From Cyanidioschyzon merolae (lineage: Eukaryota), in the NCBI GenBank assembly GCA_000091205.1, contig AP006483.2: a stretch of 64,000 bases of DNA; one strand, given 5' to 3'. Below, piece by piece: positions 20,976 through 33,009 of this stretch. Made by a program: the position numbers and the translations under genes. Position 1 is the first letter of the stretch. Each line of letters begins with the position of its first letter. The notes beneath the pieces are model-generated. The model saw only the letters and a program-made list of their open reading frames with translations. It had not been told where the DNA came from and ran no database searches.

Positions 20976-21803
20976 CAATCTGTCCATATAGCTGACGGAT
21001 CCGTGCCCTGACCCGTACTGGATTCGTTCCTCATGTCGTTCGTAAACGACGCGTGCAAGGTACCGCGTGCTGCCTAGACCCCAACCGACTCAGCGGCATG
21101 CAAGCCAACGCAGGCCTTGACCGGCCTGTACTGCGCCCTCGGTCCCGTAACAAGTGTTTGTATCTCGAACACGACTCGAAAGCGCAATGTTCCGTTCAAG
21201 GCGTCACGGCGATAAGTGCCCGCTCCTATACGGTACGCTGCACCACCAAGGCGTCTTCCATAGCGAATTGGAAGCTATCGTTGATGCCGTCTAGCTTCCT
21301 GGTTTCCTGGGTGCATACGAGCGAGCCTTGACGCCACTCCCCGCAACGTCAAGTGATTCATTGCCGAGCCCAACTTTAGATTTGAGAGCGGTCACTTTCT
21401 GGGAACTGCTCGCGTTCCAGTCCCGCATTTTCGCTCGCGTCGCAGACGCGCGCAGGTCACAGTCCAACGACCGGTCGAAGCGAAATGCATAAATATTCCA
21501 GGTACGCTGCTTTAGAGCTGATCCATGAAGGCCTCGAACTGAGATGCTCGATCGGGTCCAAGACGCAGAACGACAACCGCAGCAGACGTCGCATCTGCAT
21601 CTCCCAGCACGAGCGACCTGCTCGACGAGATTCTCACTCAAAGCCGCAAAGTTGCCTGGTCGACGAGAGCCTGCTGTGCTGACCAGAACATGGCTAGGAG
21701 GCACATCGACGTCCTCACTCGAGGGCACCCCGCTCGGCCTAGCAACGACAGACCGCACGACGATGAAGTTCCTGCTGCTACTGCTAACGCTGCTGCTGGC
21801 GCT

Positions 21804-22871
21804 CTAGTCTGACCCTTCTTTCCGGTATCCATGAGGGTTCTCGCTCTGCCATTTCCACGTGGACGCACACATTTCATCGATACCGAGCTTGGCTTCCCAA
21901 CCGAGGAATGTTTTGGCAAAGCTCGGATCCGCGTAGACAACAGCAGCATCGCCTGGTCTTCGCGCAACAATTTTGTACGGAATACGACGCCCGGACGCTT
22001 TCTCGAAAGCTTTCACCATCTCAAGCACGGAGTATCCTCGGCCGGTGCCAAGGTTTACCGCAACGCAGCCCACGTTTGCCTCGTCTTTTTCAAGTTTCTC
22101 TAACGCCGCCACATGGCCCTTTGCTAAATCCACCACATGAATGTAGTCACGAACGCCGGTTCCATCCGGAGTGGGGTAGTCATTCCCGTACACCGAGAGA
22201 AACTCTCGGCGTCCGACGGCAACCTGTGCGATAAACGGCATCAAATTATTCGGAATACCCACGGGATCTTCCCCGATACGCCCGGAAGCATGGGCACCAA
22301 CGGGATTAAAGTAGCGCAGGATGAGAATGTGCCAGTCGCGTCCACCATGTGGCGAGGCGTGCAGATCCCGCAAGAACTCTTCAATAAACAATTTGGTTTT
22401 GCCGTATGGATTCGTGGCACCAAGTGGTGATGTTTCCGAAATCGGCACCTTTTCTGCCTGCCCGTACACTGTCGCCGACGATGAAAACACAAATCGACGA
22501 CATCCGTGGCGGTTTAAGCTCTGCAGAAGGTTCAACGTGCCAATCAAGTTGTTCCGGTAATACCGCAACGGTTGCTCTACAGACTCGCCTACAGCTTTCA
22601 GGCCTGCAAAGTGAATACAAGCGCTGATTGGCGCTGATTTTGCCACAGCAGCGTCCAGTGCAACGCCATCCGTGAGGTCAACGGCTTGAAACTGCAGCCG
22701 CTGCTCACTGGCCCCGGTGAGCTCCCGTACCCTGCGCAGCGCCTCCTCACTCGAGTTGCTCAGGTTATCCAGGACAACCACATCGTAACCCGATTCAAGG
22801 AGCTCTACGACCGTATGACTTCCAATATAACCTGCCCCTCCAGTTACCAATATCCTTTTCGTATGATCCAT
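21804..22871 (-). CDS. GALE: UDP-glucose 4-epimerase (GalE, NAD-dependent SDR)
   Basis: 355 aa. The N-terminal Rossmann motif is '[35 protein letters not shown]', and a catalytic YxxxK region is present ('[16 protein letters not shown]'). The length and C-terminal '[26 protein letters not shown]' are typical of GalE. Confidence 0.9.
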   Translation of the reverse strand: MDHTKRILVTGGAGYIGSHTVVELLESGYDVVVLDNLSNSSEEALRRVRELTGASEQRLQFQAVDLTDGVALDAAVAKSAPISACIHFAGLKAVGESVEQPLRYYRNNLIGTLNLLQSLNRHGCRRFVFSSSATVYGQAEKVPISETSPLGATNPYGKTKLFIEEFLRDLHASPHGGRDWHILILRYFNPVGAHASGRIGEDPVGIPNNLMPFIAQVAVGRREFLSVYGNDYPTPDGTGVRDYIHVVDLAKGHVAALEKLEKDEANVGCVAVNLGTGRGYSVLEMVKAFEKASGRRIPYKIVARRPGDAAVVYADPSFAKTFLGWEAKLGIDEMCASTWKWQSENPHGYRKEGSD

Positions 22872-23205
22872 AGAAGATTACGACGACTATGATGATGATA
22901 GTAGTAGTGGTGGTGGTGAGGATGAGCTCGTCGGCGAGGGCGTATACGTGCCGGTGTACCAGAAAGCCGACACGTCCCCGCGCGAGCGATGCTGAGACGC
23001 GTCTCGGGATCCCCGGGCTGCACCGGTGCCTGCGCGCACATCGTCGCGAACCGCGCCAGCTGCGCTCGTGGCCGCACATTCCTGTAACCGCTATGTACCG
23101 ATTTGGAAAGGGCGCTACGCGAGCGCCCCATAGGCGTTCGTGCTGCCTTCGGGAACGACGCAGAAGATCTCCTGACCCGCTCGATACGGTGGCGTCTCTG
23201 CTAAG

Positions 23206-23250
23206 TGTGCGTGCGTGCGTGCGTGTGTGCCTGCGTGCGTGCCTGCGTGT
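23206..23250. repeat. (GCGT)n-rich imperfect tetranucleotide tract
   Basis: gtgcgtgcgtgcgtgcgtgtgtgcctgcgtgcgtgcctgcgtgt, alternating purine-pyrimidine. It lies ~330 bp upstream of the GalE start (minus strand). Confidence 0.8.
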
Positions 23251-24288
23251 TTCCACACACTGATGCTTGTCGATGCGCAGCGCAGAGCGTGCCGCTCGAA
23301 CGGAATACGAGTCGCTCTGGATAACGAGGCAGAGGGTGCGCTCCCAGCGCTCAGGCGTTGCCCGGATCGCTCATTTCCTCCAGCTTGTCATTCCGGGCTC
23401 AAGGCAGGCTAGCTTGTGTAACCGATCAGCGTCCTGATCGACGATGACGATGACGTCGAGTCTTGCGTTCTGCAGCGAGTGAGCTGCGTCTGGAGCCGGC
23501 GCCCTCAAAGGCTTCGCAAAGGCATGCATGCCTCGTAGGGCGAGCGCAGCAGCGGCTTATCCAGTGGAACAGCATTCAGTTGCGGTAAGCTTCATGTCCA
23601 TCTAATCAGTGTATCGAGCATGCGATTATGCAGTCGACGCATTCTGGTCTGGAGTTCGTGGAACGCGGCGGCATCCGGGTGGGGATATGAGCGGCCTCTT
23701 CGCAGCTGGTTGCCGCCAACCAGCATGCGCTTGAGGACCTCCGCTTCGGATCAAGGATCTTTCAGCTTCTAGCAAGCTTACGCACAGTAGTAGCCGCAGA
23801 CAACCAAGTCCGTCGAATCATGGAAGAGCGTATGCTGAGGTGGCAAAGAGCCGCGACGTTCTTGCCAGCTGCCGAGATCGCCACGGAGCCATCGCCGCTC
23901 ATGGGAGCGCACTCGCCAGCCCGCCGAGAAACGAAAACGTAAATGCGAAACACCATTCTGCACCTAGAGGCCGGCAGACATGACTACCTACCATTCGAAC
24001 AAAATCCCACTTGCGCTATTGGCGCAATGCTCGCAAAGCGAACCCAGCGATGCCATGGGTTATCATGCGCCTGCGAACGATCCGATGATCCGCCGTCCCG
24101 TGCGCAGTGTTCCGCTTGTAGCGCTCGATGCTGCCGCCGCGACGCTGCAGCCTGCACTCGAAGCGAAGCTACCTCCCTGGCATTGGCGCTATCCACCGCA
24201 GATCAGGCACTGGAGGCGCCGCCTTACGGCCATTGCCGAAACTACCGCCAAGAGCGTTGACGCTCCAGAGCAGTGGAACGTACGCCCG

Positions 24289-24590
24289 TCTATGATGCAA
24301 TGCAGCAATCCCCAATGTATGATGTCCATTATGATCCAAGATTGAATCAAATGGACTCAAGTGCGAACGGGTGGCGATCTATGATGCAATGCAGCAATCC
24401 CCAATCTATAACGTCCATTATGATCCAAGATTGAATCAAATGGGCTCAAGTGCGAACGGGTGGCGATCTATGATGCAATGCAGCAATCCCCAATGTATAA
24501 CGTCGATTATGATCCAAGATTGAATCAAATGGACTCAAGTGCGAACGGGTGGCGATCTATGATGCAATGCAGCTATCCCCGCATCCATCA
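24289..24590. repeat. minisatellite, 89-bp unit x ~3.3 copies
   Basis: Unit 'tctatgatgcaatgcagcaatccccaatgtatgatgtccattatgatccaagattgaatcaaatggactcaagtgcgaacgggtggcga' starts at 24289, 24378, 24467 and 24556 (period 89). The fourth copy is truncated and diverges after 'gcagctatcccc'. Confidence 0.9.
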
Positions 24591-24611
24591 TATCCATAAT
24601 GATCTATTTAG

Positions 24612-24618
24612 TATAAAT
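24612..24618 (+). promoter_or_regulatory. TATA-like element (tataaat) ~143 bp upstream of the thiolase ATG
   Basis: 'agtataaattta' sits in an AT-rich patch immediately after the 89-bp minisatellite. Position and orientation are compatible with a core promoter if the 5'UTR is ~110 nt. No TSS data are available. Confidence 0.3.
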
Positions 24619-24760
24619 TTAGCACAGCGCTAATTTACACACGAGCCCACCACCTTGCATCTCGCGGACCTGCAGACGCTCGTCGCCTGGCAAGTGCCAC
24701 CAGTACGCACGACTGGGCGCCACCAGCGCAAACGCAGCCTTTGCGCTCAGGGTCGCGCGT

Positions 24761-26077
24761 ATGGATGCACCTGCGCCTGCAGAAAATGACGCGCTTATAG
24801 TGGCTGGAAAGCGTACACCGCTAGGTTGTTTGGGAGGCGCTCTGGCAGGTGTTTCCGCTGTAACCCTGGGTGCTGCTGCGGTACGAGGCGCCCTCGAGGC
24901 CGCCCGCATACCCGGCGCTCTCGTTGAGGAGTGCTATTTCGGCTGCGTCCTGAGCGCGAACCTCGGACAGGCACCTGCACGCCAGGTTGCGTTGCAGGCG
25001 GGCTTACCGGTGACTTGCTGCTGCACGACCGTGAACAAGGTGTGCGCGAGTGGTGCAAAGGCCATAGCGCTGGCCGCACAGTCCATACTTCTGGGGCAGG
25101 CTGATGTAGTCGTCGCCGGAGGCATGGAGAGTATGAGTCAAGCACCCTATTGCATCGGGAATGGCGGCTCTGGTGGGCCTGAGGGCGTTCACCGCGTCCG
25201 CATCGGTGGCCTGCGCCTCTTCGATGCTCAACTCGTTGACAGTATCATGCGAGACGGTTTACTGGATGCATCACCGGCAGGGAAACCTGCGCGCCCTATG
25301 GGATGGTATGCAGATGCCTGCGCTGTCCATCATTCAATCACCAGGGAGGAACAGGACGCGTACACGTTGGAAAGTTACAGACGCGCCCAAATGGGCTGGG
25401 AATCGGGTTCCATGGCCGAAGAAGTCGTCCCTGTCCCGCTGAATTCAGCAGACAGCGCATCGATTGCACGAGATGAGGAGCCGTGGCGTCTCCAAGCCGA
25501 CAAGCTACCGCGCTTACGACCGGCTTTTGATCGAGAGCGAGGCACCGTCACAGCTGCAAATAGTTCCAAGATCAGCGACGGTGCCGCTGCAGTGGTGCTG
25601 GTCTCGCGCCGCAAGGCTCGCGAACTCGGCCTCATTTCCGCTGACAGCGCAGCAGCCGAGGATACGCTTCGTGACGGCAGACGATCTCGTTCCATTTTTC
25701 AACTCGTTGCCGCAGCTGATGCTGAGCGTGAGCCTGAATGGTTCACGCTCGCTCCCGTGACCGCGATTCGCAAGCTCTTCTCGACTCGCTATGGACTTGA
25801 TGCTAGCGACATGGCAAATGTTGATTGCTGGGAAATCAACGAGGCATTCAGTGTGGTGCCTCTGGCAGCGATCCGGGAGCTGCCTCGGATTCGTTCCGAA
25901 CGCCTGAACATGCGAGGTGGTGCGGTATCGTTGGGTCATCCTCTCGGTTGCAGTGGAGCGCGCATTGTTGTCACGCTGTTATCTGTTCTAGAGGAGCACC
26001 AATGGGAATACGGCGTTGCTGCCATCTGCAATGGCGGCGGCGGCGCTACTGCGCTTCTCATTCGGCGACTGGCTTAG
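24761..26077 (+). CDS. acetyl-CoA C-acetyltransferase (acetoacetyl-CoA thiolase, thiolase II, ERG10/ACAT type)
   Basis: 438 aa. 'VLSANLGQAPARQVALQAGLP...TTVNKVCASGAKAI' contains the active-site Cys of the thiolase N-terminal signature and closely matches the ERG10/ACAT block. 'GGMESMSQAPY' is present, as is the C-terminal signature 'NGGGGATALLI'. There is no N-terminal PTS2 (R[LI]x5HL) and no PTS1. Confidence 0.9.
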   Translation: MDAPAPAENDALIVAGKRTPLGCLGGALAGVSAVTLGAAAVRGALEAARIPGALVEECYFGCVLSANLGQAPARQVALQAGLPVTCCCTTVNKVCASGAKAIALAAQSILLGQADVVVAGGMESMSQAPYCIGNGGSGGPEGVHRVRIGGLRLFDAQLVDSIMRDGLLDASPAGKPARPMGWYADACAVHHSITREEQDAYTLESYRRAQMGWESGSMAEEVVPVPLNSADSASIARDEEPWRLQADKLPRLRPAFDRERGTVTAANSSKISDGAAAVVLVSRRKARELGLISADSAAAEDTLRDGRRSRSIFQLVAAADAEREPEWFTLAPVTAIRKLFSTRYGLDASDMANVDCWEINEAFSVVPLAAIRELPRIRSERLNMRGGAVSLGHPLGCSGARIVVTLLSVLEEHQWEYGVAAICNGGGGATALLIRRLA

Positions 26078-29000
26078 AGGGCCAAGGCGGACGTGAATAC
26101 CGCGGCCCGGAGCTCAGAACGCCGCGCGTCTGCGCACAGCAACATAGCAGAACCGCATACTGAGTGTGACGTAAGCGTCAGGGTAGACTTGGTCGCGCTT
26201 GGAGGACGTTTTGGCACAGGAAGCGCGGGCTTGAAAAGCAACCCGCATTCCAAGTGCGCTGGTGCGGCTGCGGCCATGGGAGCATCTGCGAACTGCACGT
26301 ACACGACAAACAACGGCACGGTCGAGCCGACTATATGCGTGTGGGCGCAGCTCCGCCTTGGTTTTGTCTTGAGTGCGAATAGCTTCCATGTGTTGTCTGT
26401 GGACGTCGTCTGGCCCGTTGCCTGCTCCGAAAGCTTGGCACTAGAGCATCCCAGCTGCAGTGCGGCTTTTCTGTATTCGCGCGTCTACTGCTGGGGCTCG
26501 AAACATGTCTCGCCAGGATGAAATGGCATCTGAGGGGATGATCGAGCGCCTGTGGACAACACTGCGCGACCTTTTCTCATACGCTAGCCGTATTTCGCAG
26601 AGACATCCAGGAGAGCGAGCAGCGGCAGCGAAGCTGTCATTCGAGTTGTCAATCCCTGGCACTCTGCCCAGCGCTGATCGTCATGATGAAGCGCTGCTGT
26701 GTTGCTTCGCGATCCACTTGAACGCCGGACTCGTATTCCCCTGAGACCTCGCTGCCTTTTCGAGTTCCGGCTGCGATCGCTGCTGCACGGAAACCAATTG
26801 AATTCCCCAGCAGCAGGTCTTCTGCTCCGGTGGCGTTGCTATCGAATACGCTTTCATTCGTTGGCGTCGGCGGAGCGTAGAGGCTAGTCTCAACCGAGCA
26901 ACGTCATTCATTATCGAGCGTGCGTCCATCACATCCCTGGGGCATAGCGATGGTAGGTTTGCCGCCCCGTACCATATCGGAGAAGTATTCTCGCGCTAGG
27001 GTGCAATCAGGTTCCCGAAGCGACGCTGATCGTGGCGCTTTGGGCATCAACCCAGACGACAACGCTCTGTATCCATCGTTTCCTAACGAGTCGAACGTCG
27101 TTGCTGAAGCGCGCTTTGATACAAGCAACAGGCAGACGAAGGCACGTGATGCACTTTCGTGGCTCGGGAACGCCTTGAACGCCTTGGACGCTCTCCTGCT
27201 GGTCGAAATGCTCCTTGGGCCCAAATCCTGACGACGCTTCAAACGATACTCAATCCTCAGTAGTCTCGCGTGATACAAACGCATGATCATTTATCCGTTC
27301 GAAAGAAAGAACGGTTTCCAGTGTGTGTGTATCTACAGCTCTTCAAGCTCACTGTACTGCTGCAACAGACTCCATCAGTGGCTTGTTCCAGGCGGGAATG
27401 CAGTGCCCGCTCTCCCTGTTATTACAGTTTTTGCGTTGCATTTCTGGAGCGCTCCAGCACAATACCTGTCTCCAGGACAACACGATTCCCTTGAACGTTC
27501 GTTCGCCACAAACTCACTGTAAGTTCCGCAAGCAGGACACATTTCCTGGTTTTGATCAAGCGGTTCATCGCTTGGTCCAGAGCGTTCTTATGTGCGTGAT
27601 TGCTGGTGACAGCAGACTAGCGCAAGCCTCTCGGTTTCAATTCCGTTGCCGTCTGATGTCCGTACAGCTTCGTGTACACCATTTGGTGCATCCGGCTGGA
27701 TCTCAAGCTGTTCCCGTCAACCAGTCGCCGAGTGCAGACGTGCTCGTGATACTACATGCCGTCCTAGAGTCATTGATGGGAAACGTACACCATCGCTTCC
27801 TGCACGCGCTGGACGCTCTTGTCAACGGAGCATGCGAACAGTCTCTGGACGCCGCAGCACGTCCAGCGCCCTGGGCAACCAATTAGCAAACCGAGCTATC
27901 GATCGTTTCCTGGTCCAACGCATTGAAGTTCACGTATGCACGCTTGTCGCTTTCGTGCAACTGGAGACGTTGGAGGGCCCCAGCGCTGTCCGACGTTCCC
28001 CCTGTGAACACCATGCGCATAACCTATTCAGACGCTGACGTACTACCAGACGCGTACGCTCTCATACATCAGTCGCGCTCATCCAGACCAGTCAGGTGAG
28101 CGTGAGGCGTCTTCAAAGCCAACAGGGTACGCTTCATGATCCATTCGGCGAAGATCAGCACATAGTATTCGGGTTTGGTTTCGGATTGATACTTTTTGGC
28201 AACCGCCCTGTAGATATACATTCCCATTGCCGATATGGCGCGACGACAGGTCATGGTACTCTGGGGAGCGTGTGTTTCATGCTCTGATCCTACGATCAGG
28301 CCGAATCGCATGCTGTGTACCGAGCATCAGTTGTGTTTGCGCACGAAGATTCGATCGAGAAATTGCAGATGAATGTGAAAAACCGGCAGCCTTTCGTCCA
28401 GAGTCCGTACGAACTGTTTCATCTCGGGTTGCGTCCAGGTGAGCGACGCTCAGCAGACCATTCTCGACTACTAGGGGCCACGATCGCTCGTGGCGTCCAG
28501 CAACTCACTTTTCCGGAATGCTGGCCCTACTGATGTCCTCTGGCAGGCAGGCCTTGAATATGGTTTTGAGAACGATCTTTCCGCTCCGACAGTTTACCTT
28601 CACGTCGCGCGTCGCCCTGTTTCCGGGAGAATCTTTCTCCTCATTGTCCGATGACTCCTCCTCGTCCTTCCTCTTCGCCTTGTTATAGACATGACGGTGT
28701 GGCATGGATGTGGTCCCCTGTCGTCGTTTCCGTTATCTTCCTGGGACGAAGAGGCGCTGGGTGGACGACCAGACCCGAACTAACCTTTTCCGTGCATGTA
28801 CCTCCGACTCCTCTAATATCTTTTCGTCTTCCGCTCCGTCGTGCGCACGCCCACGAACCGAAACGCGTGTCTCGAGTCCGCATTGCGTACGAGCAGAAAA
28901 TCAAAACCGCAGCTCAGAGTTGATGAAGGCGGCGCAATGCATTTCAAACCAAGGCGCCAAGGGTGCGACTCACTCGTCTATTCATCATTGAGTGTAAACT

Positions 29001-30112
29001 CGGCGTTCGAGATACGAGATAAGACCTTCGAGTACATCGAATCAGCGAGCATAGGCTTGTACGACGAATAGCTCAACGCCAATGTCAGCTACATACTCCT
29101 TGACTGATTGTAAGTGATGGAGCCTGGCGTCATCTACGGCCAGTACAAGAGAGTACGGGTCCGACGAGCAACGATGAATTCCTCGACTGAGGATGAGGTA
29201 TTGAAGGATCCAGTCTGCACAGCGATTCCAGCTTCACCGTACCACTGAGTCGCCGCAAGTGTAGATGCTCTCGGCATGCTCGCTTGTCTCTTCCTTACCA
29301 GCAGCGGTTTGCTACGCCTTGCGTGCCCTTGCACTGGCACACGACTGCTCGTGTCTGAATTCCCATCGAAAGAGACGAGCTCCCGTCGGTCTTGGAATAC
29401 GCGTTCGCGTTCCGTTACGAACTTGATCAGGGGTTACTCAGCGCGCGACGCGCTCCCATGGACACGTGCTATCTCCTTGGTCTGTTGGGGTCTCTTGATT
29501 CGCGTTCGTACCAACCGTTCTGAAATATCGTTTCCTGTATATCCTCGGTACTATTTCTTAGAGAATTATGGGGTGAAATGGATTGAAGAGTTGACTCTCG
29601 TGTACACTGAGATCGATAAGGTCTGTTTTGGCAGGTAACATGCACTCGACGGACACCCAGCAGCGTGATTCACTCACTTGTTGACCGTCGTTTGTCTGAC
29701 GTGCATATTTAGCGCAAACTTGTCGCTAGTTAGCAGTGATAGGAGCACGTCTCCCCGCAACCTTTTCCAATCCATAAGTTACCATCCTTTTGTTCCATAC
29801 CCCTGAACTATCAAATAAAAACAAGAACCGCGTGCTGTAGCAGGTACGCCGCTGCGCCCCCAGCCAAGCACAACCGACACCAGGCACAGCGGGTGCGGCG
29901 AGTCTCTCTCTCACCCGGGACGCTTCACTCGGAACGAGCGTGCCGGGCCTTCAAGTCTCACGGGTACACTCACTACACCACGCAAAGAATGGCCCACGTA
30001 CTCGAGCCGCAGACTCCCGAATCCCGCGAAAACTTCGCTTCAAAGCCGCAATAACGGAAAAGATGCCAACATCGCTGCGCATCGAAGCCCATTCACTCGC
30101 CCATGACCTCGT

Positions 30113-31933
30113 GTGGACCTCTTCACATCATATCACATGAGTTGGGGACTGGTCTGGTTTCGCAACGACCTGCGAGTTCGGGATCACGAAGCACTCTTAA
30201 CAGCTTGTCTGGAGCATGCCGGAAGAATCATCCCTGTCTATGTCTTCGATAAACGGCAGGTTGGCCCACACGCCCGAACTAGACTGGGCCAGTTCAGCAA
30301 GTGCTCGACGCCCCGTGCACAGTTCCTTGTAGAGGCCGTTCAGGACTTGGCAAACACGCTACGGACGCACTATCGTGGCATGCAACTGCTCGTATACAAA
30401 AACGCTCTTCCAGAAAACGTCATTCCGAAACTCATCGCTGAGCTCTCAACGGAAAAGCAGGTTCACGTCGGGGCCGTCTACTATCACCGCGAGGTCTGCA
30501 GCGAAGAGCGCGCCGTGGAGGACGCCCTGCGAGCCGCTCTGTGCGCCCTCAACCAACGAGGCGAGCTTCCTGCGGTCACACTGCGGGCGCTGGACGGAAG
30601 CAGCACCCTCTATCACGCCGATGATCTACCGTCAGGAGCGTCCGTGGGGAACATGCCGCCAGTTTTCACCAGCTGGCGCAAACTCGTCGAGAAAGGCGCT
30701 CGTATCCGAGCACCGTTGCCCATGCCGGATCCCGCGAAGGTGCAGCCGCTGCCCCTCTCGCTGGGCTGTGACCCCATACCGACCTGTGCTCGCGAAGTGA
30801 TCGGGGATAACTGCGAACAAGCACGCTTACGGCATCGTGTACCCTGGACGTTGCCCGATGATGCCACGAGTCGAGTGGATCCACGACATGCCTGTCCGTT
30901 TCGGGGCGGAGAGTCGGCTGCACAGGAACGTGTACAGGCGTACACCTTCGGAACCGACGCCATTGCTCGCTACAAAGCTACTCGCAACGGACTCCTTGGA
31001 ACCGAGTATTCCACGAAATGGTCGCCGTACCTGGCGCTGGGGAACGTCACACCGCGGCAGCTGTACGCCGTACTTCGTCGTTACGAAACAGAGCGACCAG
31101 AGAAGAAGGGTATCTCAACCTATTGGGTCCTGTTTGAGCTCGAATGGCGGGATTTCTTTCGCTTCACTGCAATGCGATACGGGAATGCCCTATTTTGGCG
31201 ACGGGGTCTGCAGGCGGTGCTTCGGGGCGACCCGCAGGTCGCTGGGCCCTCGAAAACATGGCGGCAGGATGCGGTGCTCCTCGATCGCTGGCAGACCGGT
31301 ATGACAGGCTTCCCGCTGGTTGACGCCAATCAGCGAGAGCTCCTGGCGACCGGCTGGATGTCGAATCGGGGTCGCCAGAACGTGGCGAGTTTTCTTACCA
31401 AAGACCTTGAAATAGACTGGCGCCTTGGTGCCGAGTGGTTTGAGTCCCTCCTCCTCGACTATGACGCGTGCTCGAACTACGGCAACTGGCAGTACGCTGC
31501 GGGTGTGGGCCTCGATCCCCGTGCCGATCGTCATTTTGATGTGATCCGTCAGGCCCGCATGTACGATCCCGAAGGACACTATATGCGACGATGGTTACCG
31601 GAGTTGGAGTCATGCACCGATTGGTCGCAAGTTCTTCATCTGCACGAGCACTATCCGGAGTATCCGGCACCAGTCGTGCGCCATCTGCACGGCGGGCGCA
31701 AGAACCTCGACGATGCTGCGAATGCACCCAAATGCTCTGTCCGCGGCACCAAGTCGGGGTCTCGCGGGAGACGGCAAACCAAACAGACGGGGAAACCACA
31801 TCGGGAACCGGGTTGGATGCGTCAAGCGCATACCGGAGCTGTGGACATCCTCGATAACCGAGACGGGAGCGCGGCGCTCGAACAAAACCGGCAGACGGTG
31901 CTCGATGCATACCTTCGATCCCAGAAGCGGTAA
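30113..31933 (+). CDS. cryptochrome DASH (photolyase/cryptochrome family, ssDNA CPD photolyase type)
   Basis: 606 aa. The N-terminal photolyase alpha/beta domain starts 'LVWFRNDLRVRDHEALL'. The FAD-binding domain is 'TGFPLVDANQRELLATGWMSNRGRQNVASFLTKDLEIDWRLGAEWFESLLLDYDACSNYGNWQYAAG', whose WMSNRGRQ...DYD..SNYGNW pattern is characteristic of cry-DASH rather than class I/II photolyase. A ~90-aa basic C-terminal tail follows. Confidence 0.85.
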   Translation: MDLFTSYHMSWGLVWFRNDLRVRDHEALLTACLEHAGRIIPVYVFDKRQVGPHARTRLGQFSKCSTPRAQFLVEAVQDLANTLRTHYRGMQLLVYKNALPENVIPKLIAELSTEKQVHVGAVYYHREVCSEERAVEDALRAALCALNQRGELPAVTLRALDGSSTLYHADDLPSGASVGNMPPVFTSWRKLVEKGARIRAPLPMPDPAKVQPLPLSLGCDPIPTCAREVIGDNCEQARLRHRVPWTLPDDATSRVDPRHACPFRGGESAAQERVQAYTFGTDAIARYKATRNGLLGTEYSTKWSPYLALGNVTPRQLYAVLRRYETERPEKKGISTYWVLFELEWRDFFRFTAMRYGNALFWRRGLQAVLRGDPQVAGPSKTWRQDAVLLDRWQTGMTGFPLVDANQRELLATGWMSNRGRQNVASFLTKDLEIDWRLGAEWFESLLLDYDACSNYGNWQYAAGVGLDPRADRHFDVIRQARMYDPEGHYMRRWLPELESCTDWSQVLHLHEHYPEYPAPVVRHLHGGRKNLDDAANAPKCSVRGTKSGSRGRRQTKQTGKPHREPGWMRQAHTGAVDILDNRDGSAALEQNRQTVLDAYLRSQKR

Positions 31934-33009
31934 AATCGAGCGCTGTGAGACACAGACAGTCTAGAGGGATATCGTCTTTTCAGGACGGTCCCAGGTCCCG
32001 ATAAGTCGTCACACGCGTTGTCTCGTTGCATCGCCGGCAGCAGGGGACGCATCCAAACGACCACGAAGCCGTGTGCGCGAGTCGGTTACGGATGCAGACT
32101 CCTGTGCAGTGATGTTTCGGGATTCATCAGCAGAAGCATAGTGTGCACTGGTCAGGAGCAGACCCCAGACGTGCCCTGTGCATAGCAGCGTTTCGCGTGG
32201 ACAGAGAGCAAGTACGTGTTGTGCACGGGTCTGTGCGAGAAGCGAGACGTGCACGATGGATGAACAGGAGCAACACGTTCGGGTTGCACTGACGGAGCCA
32301 ACGGTCGGGTACTCCTGGTTTCCAATTCCTGCAAACGTATCGAGGAGTGCAACGCTCACGTTGACCATTGACCTATGCAAACGTGTTGCATTCTACGCGC
32401 TTTTGCTGGATCCCGCATGATACACGTCTCTGGGTGGTGGCACCAGCAGGAAACCGCTCACGAACGGACATGTGTCGCTGTATGAAACGCTTGAAGAGGC
32501 CGCACGCGACGTCATGTTCAAATGACGCAAAACGAATGCTGCAGACCTGACGGATACGTGCACGACGTTCGCAGCCTCCAGGATGGTGCTGGAAGCTGAG
32601 CGCTCTGGTGATGCGTTTTCCTGGGAAAAGCTGCCTCGAGTATCCATTTCCCTGAGATCCCGTTACCAAGGAATTCTCATTCCGCATCACATAAGAAACG
32701 CTAGTGTCATCGAGAAACATGCTTCCGCATTCCCGGTGAGCGTTCCACCAGCTCGCGAGAACACAACTTTACAGCATCTGCTTCGCTCAATGCCTGTCAC
32801 TGGAGTACACCTCTACCCGAACGAACCGGTTTTTGAGCACCCGTGCATTCTACTACGCAGTTTTCGTCGTGTTTTTCGCCCAATGCACCTTGCGGGTTTC
32901 TGTCTCGTACGCGATGCTTACGCAACGAGTTCGCGCCGCATGCGATAGCGAAAAACCAGCGTCCACGACCAAGCTCGAAATCCTTTACATTTCCTAGATA
33001 CCAGAACTG

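Noticed and set aside
22889-23263. 124-aa ORF starting MMMIVVVVVV... upstream of GalE, and the (GAT/AGT/GGT)n run at 22880-22925
   Set aside because: The ORF is produced by translating a simple trinucleotide run and a (GCGT)n tract (giving ACVRVCLRACLRV). Low-complexity translation of repeats is not a gene.
24761-26077. Considered calling the thiolase a peroxisomal beta-oxidation 3-ketoacyl-CoA thiolase forming a functional cluster with the PTS1 citrate synthase
   Set aside because: The sequence block VLSANLGQAPARQVAL matches the ERG10/ACAT acetoacetyl-CoA (biosynthetic) thiolases. There is no N-terminal PTS2 nonapeptide and no PTS1. It is more likely cytosolic or mitochondrial, so proximity to the -SRL citrate synthase is probably coincidental.
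29120-29160. 'ctacggccagtac' resembling the 5' end of 5S rRNA (gcctacggccatacc)
   Set aside because: Similarity is confined to ~10 nt. The rest of the ~120-nt 5S consensus (box A/C, 3' helix) is absent.
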